Assembly: GCA_947459425.1 (NCBI GenBank)
Contig: CANHDJ010000004.1
Location: forward strand, 26,220-90,219
Direction: 5' to 3'
Length of the DNA stretch: 64,000 nucleotides
Origin: Ignavibacteria bacterium
GTDB taxonomy: Bacteria; Bacteroidota; Ignavibacteria; Kapaibacteriales; UBA4661
The notes beneath the pieces are model-generated. The model made no database searches and was not told the origin of the DNA. It worked only from the letters and a program-made list of their open reading frames with translations. Positions 39,019-49,166 of the stretch are shown piece after piece. How positions within the stretch are numbered: the first letter of the stretch is position 1; every line of letters begins with the position of its first letter. A program made the translations under genes and the position numbers.

Positions 39019-39142
39019 AGTATTGCTATCGGGTTTAAAAGTGAACAATGAATAAACAACGTGAACACACAATCGCCAAAATTACAACAATTACCGCTAT
39101 GCCTGAAGAGGTTTTCTTTGTTGAGTGAAGTTTGATGATTTT

Positions 39143-40555
39143 TTATTCTTCCGGCTTTGCTCGCACCCAATACCATTCCACCACTCCCGCCAATGCCGCC
39201 GCCATCCATACTGCCATTTCTAGCCCATACTGTTCTTGTGCCGGAAATACCGCATAATAGCTATAACTTAGTATGCTGCCTAAAGCCAAGACGTAGAGCC
39301 ATTTCCAGCCAATAAGACTATTGAGCAGCAGCAACGGAAGGAAATACCATGTGTGAACCTTTGCGCTCACCAGCAATACGACGCAAAATGTCGCTAAAAG
39401 CGCCCCAAAAACATCATCATTGCTCGGTTTTGTCCAAAAGCTCACGACCAATACGGCAAAAAGCCTCAGCGCCGAAAAAATCATCGGCGTATAAAGCCAA
39501 AAATGCTCAAAACCAAGCATCACACACGCATAGCACAAGGCATAGTAGAAACCGCCATTAAACTGGAAGGCTTGCGTTGTCGCGGAAGCTGTGTGCAGAA
39601 AAGATTCAGCGATACTCCATTGCGAAAAAAGCGACACCCATAGACCACAACTCACCATGGCAAGCGATCCAACAATCATCAAGCGCTCTTGCGGTGTGCG
39701 CCTGAATCGCAGAAGCGGAAGCGCCAGAGCAAGTGGAAGAATCTTGATTGCGCCAAGCATGGCGACGAGTGTGCCTGCGAGCAATGCCAGCAAAAGCGCT
39801 TCACGCCTGCTTTCAACGATAGTTGCTTTTGCCAAAACAACGACCAATGCTCCCAATGGTGCAAGCAGCAAGCCATCCACGTGCGCCTGTCCGACACCTT
39901 CCAACGCAGTCAAAGGCAAACAGATATATCCCCAAAGCCAGGTTGTATGCCGCTTTTGAGCAACAAGTGTTCGCCAAACACACCACAGCCCAATTCCTTC
40001 CGAAACAAGCAATAACGCCTTCCACGACCAATATGCGCCCCAAAGCGAAGGCGTGAATACCGAGCCAATGTTGGCAGCTACCGCAAAAACATACTGCGAA
40101 AGCGGCGGATAGATAGTCGTCAAATGGCGATAATCAAGGTGCGCATAGAGTTCGCTTGTAGCAGCGCGGAAAACAGCAAGTTCGGAGGCGTTTGGCGGGA
40201 AGGTATAAGGATTGATACCGCTTGCAAGGAGTTTTCCGTCCCATAGATAGCGCCATGCATCATCGGAAAGCCAAGGCTGCATCGGAAAAACAGCAATGCG
40301 AGAACACAGAAAAACAGCAATCACCAGAAAACCGCTATACTGCTGATGCTCACGCAGTACAGAGAATAAAACTACCCCACAAATACTGTGTGCAGAAACA
40401 AGAAGCAAAAAATATTGAATTGAATGGGGGTTCCGCGTTGGCGGCAATGCGGCATAGAGCGCAAAAAGGCAACAATACACGCATAAACACACAAGCACCA
40501 CCGAGAAAGACTCGGAGGTGCTTGTTTTGAACGGATTACTTGTTGGAAGGCTCAT
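39143..40555 (-). CDS. Polytopic membrane glycosyltransferase-like protein (DUF2029/GT87-like)
   Basis: 470-aa ORF with more than 10 hydrophobic helices. First-loop motif LSDDAWRYLWDGKLLASGINPY...YPPLSQYVF. The start ATG overlaps the stop of the upstream gene by 1 nt (TAATG). Confidence 0.55.
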   Translation of the reverse strand: MSLPTSNPFKTSTSESFSVVLVCLCVYCCLFALYAALPPTRNPHSIQYFLLLVSAHSICGVVLFSVLREHQQYSGFLVIAVFLCSRIAVFPMQPWLSDDAWRYLWDGKLLASGINPYTFPPNASELAVFRAATSELYAHLDYRHLTTIYPPLSQYVFAVAANIGSVFTPSLWGAYWSWKALLLVSEGIGLWCVWRTLVAQKRHTTWLWGYICLPLTALEGVGQAHVDGLLLAPLGALVVVLAKATIVESRREALLLALLAGTLVAMLGAIKILPLALALPLLRFRRTPQERLMIVGSLAMVSCGLWVSLFSQWSIAESFLHTASATTQAFQFNGGFYYALCYACVMLGFEHFWLYTPMIFSALRLFAVLVVSFWTKPSNDDVFGALLATFCVVLLVSAKVHTWYFLPLLLLNSLIGWKWLYVLALGSILSYSYYAVFPAQEQYGLEMAVWMAAALAGVVEWYWVRAKPEE

Positions 40556-42174
40556 TAAAGCTCTATTTTCTCCAGAAGCATAAACTGCAATTCCGAAATC
40601 TGGGCTTTGTGAGGAGTATAGTAAATATTATTATTGCCTCGGTCGGTATCTTCCCAGAATGTTGGTTCGGCACTTTCGATGCGCTTGCAGATAACGTCCA
40701 CCATTCCTGCGGCTTTCATCGGGTCTATGCCTTGAATATCCTCCGCAATATCGTCCACAACCATTGACGCAAGTTCGTAATCTTGCTGATAGATGTAGAA
40801 GAGTGCCAAACCCGCTTGCAAGGTGCGCACACCGGAGGTAAAGACGCTATCGCTGCTGGCATTGGGGGCTTTCACAAGCAAATCGTCCATTTCCAAAAGT
40901 TCGCATAAAAGCTGGCGTTGAGTATCGCGTTCCCAACCCAATTCGCATATCAGCACCAGCACTTCGCGCATCTCAAAGGTAAACACATCATTGATAAATG
41001 CAAGTGTTTGCTGGGTTTGGCTGTTGCGGAAAATTTCTGAACCATACATTTTGAGGTATCGCATTGCCTTTTTTACGGTGTCTTTGCGGTCGTTCAGCGC
41101 TAATTGTTTGATGTAGGTGCTGTAATGAAAGGCAAGATTGTAGAGATTACGCGCTTCTTGGTGGGAAACACCGTGCTTGAAGGCAGAACGCATCATGGTA
41201 TTAAAACGAACCAGCATATATTCCATCATCACATCGTCGCCATGCTCCATGACGGTTTCGGCAATCAAATTCAATTCCGAACCGCAGAGTGAAGCGAGGT
41301 CGAAGGAATTCTCATACAAGCATTTATTGTACGCATCGCCTAAAATTCGCAAACATTTGAGTTCGTAGAAGGTCTGTGTTTCCTCAATTTCTTTGAACTG
41401 CACTTCGAGCGTCTGGAAAGAAATATCGGTTGCGACTTGAAGGCTCATCTTGAAAAAATCAGGATGGAGAAGCTCTTTGACTTTCAAATATTCCCGCAAA
41501 ATGGAACTAATATTGACAATAATTTGTGATTGCAATTCTTTGAACGTAACGAAATACAAAATATTATCCAGTTGGTTCAAATAGCGGAAAAGCTCTTCTT
41601 GTGTCTGGGAAGTATTTTCCCGCAGACGCAGCCAACGTCGTAGGTTTGGCGAAGAAAGGCTTTGCAGCAACCGTATGTTTTCGTTGAAAATTTTGCGAAT
41701 AATCGTTGAGGGCTTTGTCATGGCGAGAATGTAGTAAATATACGGAAACGCCAGCAAAAGGCTTATCGGCAAAAGAATAAAGGTATTGTAGAGACCACTG
41801 GAAGGATGAACGGGCGTAAATTTATGGACGATAATCGCGTGGAGTGCCGACAGAACAAGGAACCATGCGTAGAGTAGGCTTCGCCAATCGTTCATATAAA
41901 CATCAATCATACGCGGCACAACTTGAGAAGCAATAGTAATAATCACCACCAAGGTTCCGATAATCATGCTCACCACACCCAGCCACGTCTCCGGCGCAAA
42001 TGACATATCTCGGATGACTTCATCGCTCATCGGCAAAGCAAGATAGGGCAAAATAAACGCCGCCGCAATATCGCCCACAATAATACCAACAGCGGCAAAG
42101 GAAAATGCTATCCAAAACCGATGGCTGCGCACATAAAGGACGGTGGCATAGTAAATATTAAACAGTTGCATCAT
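40555..42174 (-). CDS. Membrane protein, DUF2254-like N-terminus with a long helical cytoplasmic domain
   Basis: 539-aa ORF with four N-terminal helices. IASQVVPRMIDVYMNDWRSLLYAWFLV resembles the SxQxxPR(L/M)...D motif I associate with DUF2254. The remainder is alpha-helical with no motif recognised. Confidence 0.45.
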   Translation of the reverse strand: MMQLFNIYYATVLYVRSHRFWIAFSFAAVGIIVGDIAAAFILPYLALPMSDEVIRDMSFAPETWLGVVSMIIGTLVVIITIASQVVPRMIDVYMNDWRSLLYAWFLVLSALHAIIVHKFTPVHPSSGLYNTFILLPISLLLAFPYIYYILAMTKPSTIIRKIFNENIRLLQSLSSPNLRRWLRLRENTSQTQEELFRYLNQLDNILYFVTFKELQSQIIVNISSILREYLKVKELLHPDFFKMSLQVATDISFQTLEVQFKEIEETQTFYELKCLRILGDAYNKCLYENSFDLASLCGSELNLIAETVMEHGDDVMMEYMLVRFNTMMRSAFKHGVSHQEARNLYNLAFHYSTYIKQLALNDRKDTVKKAMRYLKMYGSEIFRNSQTQQTLAFINDVFTFEMREVLVLICELGWERDTQRQLLCELLEMDDLLVKAPNASSDSVFTSGVRTLQAGLALFYIYQQDYELASMVVDDIAEDIQGIDPMKAAGMVDVICKRIESAEPTFWEDTDRGNNNIYYTPHKAQISELQFMLLEKIEL

Positions 42175-42464
42175 AACGTACTACTTGCGAAAAAGCGAAA
42201 ATATCCGTGAAATTGAGGATTGGAGAGAGAGGACGTATCGGAACTGCCATGATTGAATGTCCCGAAAAATAGCTTGCTATGCCATTTCGAGGCGAACAGA
42301 GCAAAGATAAAAACTCAATAGCACTCGCACAAACATTTGTTCAGTTTCTCGAAGAAATCATCGCACAGTGTTTGCTTGGTGAACTCTTGATTGGGAAATT
42401 TTTTGGAAAGGATAAGTTTTTTCACTAATTTAGTGGCTTGTTCAAACTCAACGTTCGAGTTGTG

Positions 42465-42493
42465 ATGGGCTTTCGCAGAAAAGCCCATTTTTT
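42465..42493 (+). terminator. Intrinsic-terminator-like hairpin in the rimP leader (candidate attenuator)
   Basis: atgggcttt / aaagcccat form a 9-bp stem with a 6-nt loop, followed by tttttg. It ends 17 nt before the rimP ATG. Confidence 0.45.
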
Positions 42494-42509
42494 GTATATT
42501 CTCTTTACT

Positions 42510-43106
42510 ATGAAGAGTTTAGCGAGTAAAGCCGTGAAAAACAACGCAGTAAAAAACACGCCTCCATCATCGGGCGCATCAAGTACGGCGCAACTTTCGG
42601 TCGAAAGCCACGAGCGCCTACAAAGCGCCATTGCTGAGGTTTGCGGATTTGACGGTATTTCGCTGATAGCCCTCGAAATTCGGGGCAGCAAAGAACGCCG
42701 TATTGTTGAGGTGTTTGTCGATAAACCCGATGGAATCTCGCTGGACGAGTGTGGCGATTTGTCGCATCGTATTGGTGATAGGCTCGAAGAAATGAAAGCC
42801 TTTCCAGCTGCATACAGGCTGGATGTTTCCTCGCCGGGCGTGGAACGACCACTGCAATATCTTTGGCAGTACAGTCGCAATGCAGGGCGATTGCTGGCTC
42901 TCGAACTGAGCGATGGAACGGTGCTAAAAGGGCGCATCGGCGCGGTAGAAAACGACGCAGTAACGCTCGAAAACCCCAATAAATCGTCGAAAAATAGCAA
43001 GTTAAATGGCAACGCTAGCACGCCAACGGAAGCCTTGCAAGCCACATTCCCACTCACGGTGCAGCACAGCACTATTGCGCGGGCAGTCGTAGAGCTAGAG
43101 TTTTAA
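42510..43106 (+). CDS. rimP: Ribosome maturation factor RimP
   Basis: Internal ATG 42510. ...GISLIALEIRGSKERRIVEVFVDKPDGISLDECGDLSHRIGDRLE...YRLDVSSPGVERPL. Position upstream of nusA. Confidence 0.85.
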   Translation: MKSLASKAVKNNAVKNTPPSSGASSTAQLSVESHERLQSAIAEVCGFDGISLIALEIRGSKERRIVEVFVDKPDGISLDECGDLSHRIGDRLEEMKAFPAAYRLDVSSPGVERPLQYLWQYSRNAGRLLALELSDGTVLKGRIGAVENDAVTLENPNKSSKNSKLNGNASTPTEALQATFPLTVQHSTIARAVVELEF

Positions 43107-43196
43107 CCGTTGTCTGCAAATTTCCGATACTCATGTGCTTAACGTATAACGATGTATCATTTTCAATTCCTTATTCCTCATTCGTAATCTCAACCC

Positions 43197-44651
43197 ATGG
43201 CACGGAAAGCAAAACCAAAATTCGACAAAAGTATTATCGTTGAAGCATTTGCAGAAATGGCACGTGAACGCGGAATTGACCGCGATGCGCTTCAAAGTAT
43301 TATCAAAGAAACGCTCTCAATGCTAGTGCGCAAAAAATATGGTGAGCGGGCAGAGTTTGATATTGTCGTCAATATGGATAAAGGCGATATTGAGATTTAC
43401 CGTATCATGCAAGTTGTCGAAACAGTCGAAGACCCCGTGCTGGAACTCGCGCAAAGCGAAGCAAACCAAGGAGTTGACCAATACGATATTGGTGATGAAT
43501 TTTTGGAAGAAATTACGCTTGACAATATTGCCGAGAATTTCGGTCGCCGTCTGGTGAACACCGCCGGACAAACACTCAATCAACGTGTACGCGATGTGGA
43601 ACGGGACAATATCAACAATTATTTTGCCGACAAAGTTGGTGAAATTATCGTTGGAGAAGTCCACCATGTGCGCCGTTCCGACGTATTTGTTATGCACAAT
43701 AACGTTGAGATGCGCCTTCCACGCGAAGAGCAGATTCCCCGTGAGCGCTATCGCAAAAATGAGCCAATTCGCGCCATTATCAAAGAAGTTCGCAAACAAA
43801 GTCTTTCCGGTGGACCCGATATTATCTTGTCTCGCGCTGATAATATGTTTTTGGCAAAACTTTTTGAGATTGAAATTCCCGAAATTTACGACCGACTTAT
43901 CGAAATCAAGGCTATTGCCCGCGAACCCGGTGAACGCGCTAAAGTTGCCGTCCAATCCTACGACGAGCGCATTGACCCTGTTGGTGCGTGTGTCGGGATG
44001 AAGGGTATTCGTATTCACGCGATTGTCCGCGAACTCTCGAATGAAAATATTGACGTTATCAATTTTGCCGACGACCCAACATCGTTTATTGCCCGTTCAC
44101 TCTCGCCGGCGAAGGTAAAAAACATCCAAGTTTCGGCGGAAACCCGCTCCTGCACAGTGCTGGTGGGCGACGATCAGGTATCACTGGCTATCGGTAAAAA
44201 TGGTCAAAACGTCCGTCTTGCCTCGCGTTTAACGGGATATTCAATTTCGCTTGTCAAAGAAGGCATTGAAGATATTGAACTTATCGAGTTCCGCGATGAA
44301 TTAGGCAAAGACCTCTACCTGCGTATTATTGAGTCGGAAATTGATACGGCTCGTGAGTTCCTCAATGCAGAACCGACGCGCCTTTTGGCAATTCCGGGCA
44401 TGACCAAAGAGTTGCTTGTCGAGATGCGCAGCGTTATTCTTGAAGAGTTTGAAGAGCGCGAAAATCCTGATGTTCGCAATTACATTCTGTCGCTTGATGC
44501 TGCAAGCGCCCCGGCGACTGCTCCGGCAGCCGAATCGGCTTCTTCCGCCGAAATTTCCGGCAACGGCGAAGCCGCGAAAAATGGCACAAATGCTGCTAAT
44601 AACGGTGAAACACCGCTTGCCTCAGAAGCAAGTGCGGAAGCTATTTCGTAA
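43197..44651 (+). CDS. nusA: Transcription termination/antitermination factor NusA
   Basis: 484-aa ORF with an S1 region, KH domains (PGERAKVAV.S.D..IDPVGACVGMKGIRI; VSLAIGKNGQNVRLASRLTG) and a low-complexity C-terminal tail. Confidence 0.95.
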   Translation: MARKAKPKFDKSIIVEAFAEMARERGIDRDALQSIIKETLSMLVRKKYGERAEFDIVVNMDKGDIEIYRIMQVVETVEDPVLELAQSEANQGVDQYDIGDEFLEEITLDNIAENFGRRLVNTAGQTLNQRVRDVERDNINNYFADKVGEIIVGEVHHVRRSDVFVMHNNVEMRLPREEQIPRERYRKNEPIRAIIKEVRKQSLSGGPDIILSRADNMFLAKLFEIEIPEIYDRLIEIKAIAREPGERAKVAVQSYDERIDPVGACVGMKGIRIHAIVRELSNENIDVINFADDPTSFIARSLSPAKVKNIQVSAETRSCTVLVGDDQVSLAIGKNGQNVRLASRLTGYSISLVKEGIEDIELIEFRDELGKDLYLRIIESEIDTAREFLNAEPTRLLAIPGMTKELLVEMRSVILEEFEERENPDVRNYILSLDAASAPATAPAAESASSAEISGNGEAAKNGTNAANNGETPLASEASAEAIS

Positions 44652-44743
44652 AATTACAATGACAATTTTGGACGTTTTTGGACGTTTGATTCTCTGGCGC
44701 AATTTCTGCGCTCTCGTCGGCTCTATCACTTTATATTTTTTCT

Positions 44744-47700
44744 ATGGCAAGTATCGGAACAAAACTTTTTAAAATCGCCTCGCAGATTAACGTTGGCAAG
44801 GAAACTATCGTTGCATTTTTGCAAACGAAAGGCTTTGCTATTGAAAACAAGGCAACCTCGACCCTGACGGACGATATGGTCAACCTTGTACTGGGGAACT
44901 TTCAGAAAGAGGCAGCCGCAGCATCGAAGCAACGTGCGAAAGACGCACCGCAGCACGATGAAGCGCACCATGAGGACGAAGTGCATCCTCACGCAGAGCA
45001 GGGAGGACAATCACACGGACAAGAACCAACAACTCTGCCAGGTGAGCATGAGACGACGACGGTAGGCGCTCTTCAGCAGTCCAGGTCGGACTCGAATGCC
45101 ATTGTTCCGCCAGAGGCGCACGGGCAACAGCATAGTGTCTCAGAAGAGCCAGCCACTTCCCGCAATGATATTTCTCAGGAAGCGCCCGTCAGCACTCCGC
45201 CGCAAAAGAATGAGTCTGGTGTTGCTGTCGGAACGGTTATTCAGTTAGAAGATTCGTCTTCGCGGCGCAAAATCAAAAAGACTAGAGCCGAAGAAGAAGC
45301 TGAACTCGCTCAGGCACGAGCAGAAAAAAATCGCAAAAAAGTCCCTTCTCCGAAAGAAGCGCCCGCTCCCGTGCAGAAAACTGAGGAAAAGCCACCACAG
45401 AAACAGCCTGTGGTCGAGGCAGCACCTCTTGCGCCAGTCGTTCTTCCGCAAGAAATTGTGAGCAATGACGCGCTAGTGGAAGACGATACCTTATTGCCTA
45501 TTGAAGCCGCCATTGATATTGCCCTTGGCGTTGTTGATGACGACGATGACGAACTCCACGAAGACGGCAGTAAGCGCAAGCGCAAAAAGCGCATCGGCGA
45601 AGTAGAATATTTCGTAGATAATGCGCCATATTCAACGCCAATGCCGACAGGCTTGACGATTTTGGGAAAAATCGAACTCGGCGGCAGCCGGGCAGCCCGC
45701 GTTAATGAGAAAGATGGTAAACGTCCTGTCATTGCCGATAAGCGCGGCGGTAGAGGCGGAGGACGCCCGGCGGGTGAGGGCGGGGCAGCTCGTCCAGTCA
45801 AAAGCGGCGCTCCTGCGGCAAAAGTCAAAGATTGGACAAAGGACGACAGCCCTGTACCAGCGAAGAAATCTGTTGGCGGTGGTGGCGCTGCTGGGTCGTC
45901 GTCGGCTAATAAGAAAAAACGAAAAAAAGGCAAACGCGAGCAAGTTAGTGCGGTGGAAGTGGATAAAGCAATTCGCCGAACACTTTCCGGGCAGGAAGAA
46001 TCGCAGTTGGCAATGCGAAGCCGTTTGCGTCAACGACGCAAGCAAGAACGCGCCGATGAGATGGAGCGCCAAGCAGAAATGCGCGAGTTGGAAGATATGA
46101 TCCTGCACGTGACCGAATTTATCACGGTTGCTGAGTTGGCGGATAATATTGGCGTTCCAACCAACGAAATTATTCTCAAGTGTATGGGTCTCGGACTCAT
46201 GGTTTCGATTAACCAACGCCTTGAGAAAGATACGATTACGCTTATTGCCTCCGATTACGGCTTTGAAGTCGAGTTCGAGGATGCCTTTGCCGAAGAATCG
46301 CTTGAGGAAGAAGATGAAGATGACGAAGAATTCCTCGAACCCCGCGCACCGATTGTTACGGTCATGGGACACGTTGACCACGGCAAAACCTCGTTGCTGG
46401 ATTATATCCGCAAAACTAGTGTGGTAAGCGGTGAGTCCGGCGGTATCACGCAGCACATCGGCGCATATAGCGTGAAAATGAACGACGGGAAGTTTATTAC
46501 TTTCTTGGACACCCCCGGACACCAAGCGTTTACGGCAATGCGGGCGCGTGGTGCGCAGCTGACCGACCTTGTTGTTTTGGTTGTAGCGGCGGACGACAAC
46601 GTGATGCCGCAAACCATTGAGGCGATAAGCCATGCACGGGCGGCAAACGTTCCGATGGTCGTGGCAATCAACAAAATGGACAAAGCCGAAGCAAATCCTG
46701 ACAAAGTACGTCAACAACTTTCCGACCATAATGTACTGGTTGAGGAATGGGGCGGTAAGTTCCAATCCACAATGATTTCTGCAAAAAAAGGGACGAATAT
46801 TGAGCAACTGCTCGAAAAAATCCTTCTTGAAGCAGAAATCTTGAATTTGAGAGCCAATCCTGACCGCTTTGCCCGTGGCACAGTCGTCGAGGCAAAAATT
46901 GATAAAGGCAAGGGCGCTGTTGCAACCGTGATTGTGCAAAAAGGAACACTCCGCGTGGGCGATGCCTTCCTCTGCGGTATCCATGCAGGGCGTGTTCGTG
47001 CGATGTTCAATGAAAACGGCGAAAAAATTGAGGAAGCAATTCCGTCAACGCCGCTGCAAATTCTTGGATTTGACGGCGTTCCTCAAGCCGGCGACTCCTT
47101 TGTCGTGATGGAAACCGAAGTGGAAGCTCGTGAAATTGCGACCACACGCCAACAAATCAAGCGTGAACAGGACTTTAAGCGTGTTCGTCACGTGACACTT
47201 GATGATATTGCAAGCCGCATCAAAGCTGGTGGCGTACAGGAACTCAAAATTATTCTTAAAGGCGATACCGATGGTTCGGTTGAGGCATTGACGGATTCGC
47301 TCCAAAAACTTTCGACCGAAGAAGTCAAAGTGACTATTATTCACCGCGCTGTGGGTCCAATTTTGGAAGCAGACGTGATGCTTGGTGCGGCTTCGGATGC
47401 CATTATCGTCGGCTTCCACGTCCGACCAAATCCGCAAGTGGCAAAACTTGCTGAAAACGAAGGCGTTGACATTCGGCTTTACCGCATCATCTACGACTGT
47501 ATCAACGAGGTTAAACTGGCGCTCGAAGGTATGCTTCTGCCGGAAATCAAGGAAGAAGTTGTCGGCGTGGCAGAAATCCGCGAGGTCTTCAAAATTAGCA
47601 AACTTGGCAATATTGCCGGATGCTATATGCTTGAAGGCAAAATTAACCGTAACGATACGATTCGCGTCCTCCGCGATGGTTTCGAGATACATACCGGAAG

Positions 47701-47848
47701 GCTTGCTTCGCTCAAGCGCGTCAAAGACGACGTGAAGGAAGTTGATGCGGGCTTTGAATGTGGTATGTCGGTTGATGGCTACAACGATATTCAAACAGGC
47801 GATTTGATTGAAGCCGTCCGCAAAACAGAAGTAAAGCGTAAATTGTAA
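44744..47848 (+). CDS. infB: Translation initiation factor IF-2
   Basis: 1034-aa ORF. G-domain [25 protein letters not shown]. Long low-complexity N-terminal region. Confidence 0.97.
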   Translation: MASIGTKLFKIASQINVGKETIVAFLQTKGFAIENKATSTLTDDMVNLVLGNFQKEAAAASKQRAKDAPQHDEAHHEDEVHPHAEQGGQSHGQEPTTLPGEHETTTVGALQQSRSDSNAIVPPEAHGQQHSVSEEPATSRNDISQEAPVSTPPQKNESGVAVGTVIQLEDSSSRRKIKKTRAEEEAELAQARAEKNRKKVPSPKEAPAPVQKTEEKPPQKQPVVEAAPLAPVVLPQEIVSNDALVEDDTLLPIEAAIDIALGVVDDDDDELHEDGSKRKRKKRIGEVEYFVDNAPYSTPMPTGLTILGKIELGGSRAARVNEKDGKRPVIADKRGGRGGGRPAGEGGAARPVKSGAPAAKVKDWTKDDSPVPAKKSVGGGGAAGSSSANKKKRKKGKREQVSAVEVDKAIRRTLSGQEESQLAMRSRLRQRRKQERADEMERQAEMRELEDMILHVTEFITVAELADNIGVPTNEIILKCMGLGLMVSINQRLEKDTITLIASDYGFEVEFEDAFAEESLEEEDEDDEEFLEPRAPIVTVMGHVDHGKTSLLDYIRKTSVVSGESGGITQHIGAYSVKMNDGKFITFLDTPGHQAFTAMRARGAQLTDLVVLVVAADDNVMPQTIEAISHARAANVPMVVAINKMDKAEANPDKVRQQLSDHNVLVEEWGGKFQSTMISAKKGTNIEQLLEKILLEAEILNLRANPDRFARGTVVEAKIDKGKGAVATVIVQKGTLRVGDAFLCGIHAGRVRAMFNENGEKIEEAIPSTPLQILGFDGVPQAGDSFVVMETEVEAREIATTRQQIKREQDFKRVRHVTLDDIASRIKAGGVQELKIILKGDTDGSVEALTDSLQKLSTEEVKVTIIHRAVGPILEADVMLGAASDAIIVGFHVRPNPQVAKLAENEGVDIRLYRIIYDCINEVKLALEGMLLPEIKEEVVGVAEIREVFKISKLGNIAGCYMLEGKINRNDTIRVLRDGFEIHTGRLASLKRVKDDVKEVDAGFECGMSVDGYNDIQTGDLIEAVRKTEVKRKL

Positions 47849-47864
47849 TTATTGTCGTATTGCT

Positions 47865-47919
47865 AAGTGTTGGGCGTTGAACATGGCGTAGTTACGCCGT
47901 TCTTTAGCGTCCAACACTT
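47865..47919 (+). other. Extended stem with a nested hairpin in the infB-rbfA spacer
   Basis: Outer stem aagtgttgggcg / cgtccaacactt (12 bp including one G-U) encloses the inner hairpin ggcgt-agtt-acgcc. No U-run follows. Confidence 0.35.
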
Positions 47920-47936
47920 CCCATTTTAGAGGCATT

Positions 47937-48335
47937 ATGTCCATTCGTACCGAAAAAGTTGGCAGTGAACTCCGTCAAGCACTAGCGCGACCTCTGACCG
48001 AAATTGCTTCAGAGATTTCTGCCGGATTCATCACCGTTACCCATGTGCGAATGTCGCCGGATTTGCGCATTGCACGAGTGTATTTGAGCGTATTTGGCGG
48101 GAAAATTTCACCCCAGCAAACCGTCGAAAAAGTGAGCGACCGTGCGGGCAGTCTGCGGAAACAGATAAGCAGCAAACTTCGCTTGCGCTTCTCGCCAGAA
48201 CTGCATTTTTACGTTGATGACACGCTTGATGCTATCAGCCGTATTGATACCTTGCTCAAAAGCGTCCCGCCGTCAGCGCCCGTGCAGAATGATGATGCTC
48301 TGGAAACGAGTAGCAATGAGGAAACCGAAGCATGA
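47937..48335 (+). CDS. rbfA: Ribosome-binding factor A
   Basis: 132 aa. R..KV...L...L........D.......ITVT.V..S.DL..A.VY. Located after infB. Confidence 0.9.
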   Translation: MSIRTEKVGSELRQALARPLTEIASEISAGFITVTHVRMSPDLRIARVYLSVFGGKISPQQTVEKVSDRAGSLRKQISSKLRLRFSPELHFYVDDTLDAISRIDTLLKSVPPSAPVQNDDALETSSNEETEA

Positions 48336-49081
48336 CGGCAGCCGCAAACTCTGAAATATTGACACGAACAGCACTCTCCGACCATACCCTCTATGCCTCA
48401 TGGTTACAGGGCTTGAGCGATGTGGGCGGTGTTGCATTGCTGGATAAGGGCAAAGATTGGACTTCTTTTGATGTTGTCGCAAAGTTGCGTGGGATAACGC
48501 GCATAAAAAAAGTGGGTCATGCCGGAACGCTCGATCCGCTTGCAACGGGCTTGCTTATCGTCTGTTTTGGCAAAAAGACAAAATCCATCAATGACTTTCA
48601 AGAACAAACCAAAACATACCACGCCGTCGTCAAACTCGGAGCAACGACAAAAACCGATGACGCGGAAGCCGAAGAAGAGTATATCACTTCAATTGATACG
48701 TTGACAAGTGAGCAAGTACGAGGCGTTTTGACGAATTTTCTTGGTGAAATTGAGCAAATACCGCCAATGTTTTCAGCGATTAAGAAAAATGGTGTGCCAC
48801 TCTACAAAATGGCACGAAAAGGGCAAGAAATTGAGCGTGAAGCCCGCCGCGTCCGTATTGATGCGATTGAGGTGGAGTCGTTGGCGCTGCCGTATTGTAC
48901 GCTTGCCATCACGTGTTCCAAAGGCACGTATATTCGTTCGTTAGCTCGGGACATTGGCGCTATGCTTGGCGTAGGCGGCTATTTGGCGGATTTACGCCGC
49001 ACGGGAATTGGGGCGTATTCTGCCCAAGATGCACTCATGGTCGAGGAAATATCGCAACTTCACGCATCAATGCAGAAATAA
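48332..49081 (+). CDS. truB: tRNA pseudouridine(55) synthase TruB
   Basis: LLDKGKDWTSFDVVAKLR.....KVGHAGTLDPLATGLL. ATGA overlap with rbfA. Confidence 0.9.
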   Translation: MTAAANSEILTRTALSDHTLYASWLQGLSDVGGVALLDKGKDWTSFDVVAKLRGITRIKKVGHAGTLDPLATGLLIVCFGKKTKSINDFQEQTKTYHAVVKLGATTKTDDAEAEEEYITSIDTLTSEQVRGVLTNFLGEIEQIPPMFSAIKKNGVPLYKMARKGQEIEREARRVRIDAIEVESLALPYCTLAITCSKGTYIRSLARDIGAMLGVGGYLADLRRTGIGAYSAQDALMVEEISQLHASMQK

Positions 49082-49166
49082 TCTTCTTCACGAGGAAAAC
49101 TCTGCAACTGTCTCGCAAAAATCTCTATTCATCAACAGTTTATACATCTCCTTGACGACATATTTT

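Noticed and set aside
42425-43072. Minus-strand ORF of 215 aa
   Set aside because: It is antisense to rimP, and the rimP frame has the conserved SSPG.ERPL motif.
45310-47794. Long minus-strand ORFs 45632..46984 (450 aa), 45310..45933 and 47045..47794
   Set aside because: These are shadow ORFs antisense to infB. They have no recognisable domains, and the infB frame carries unmistakable GTPase motifs.
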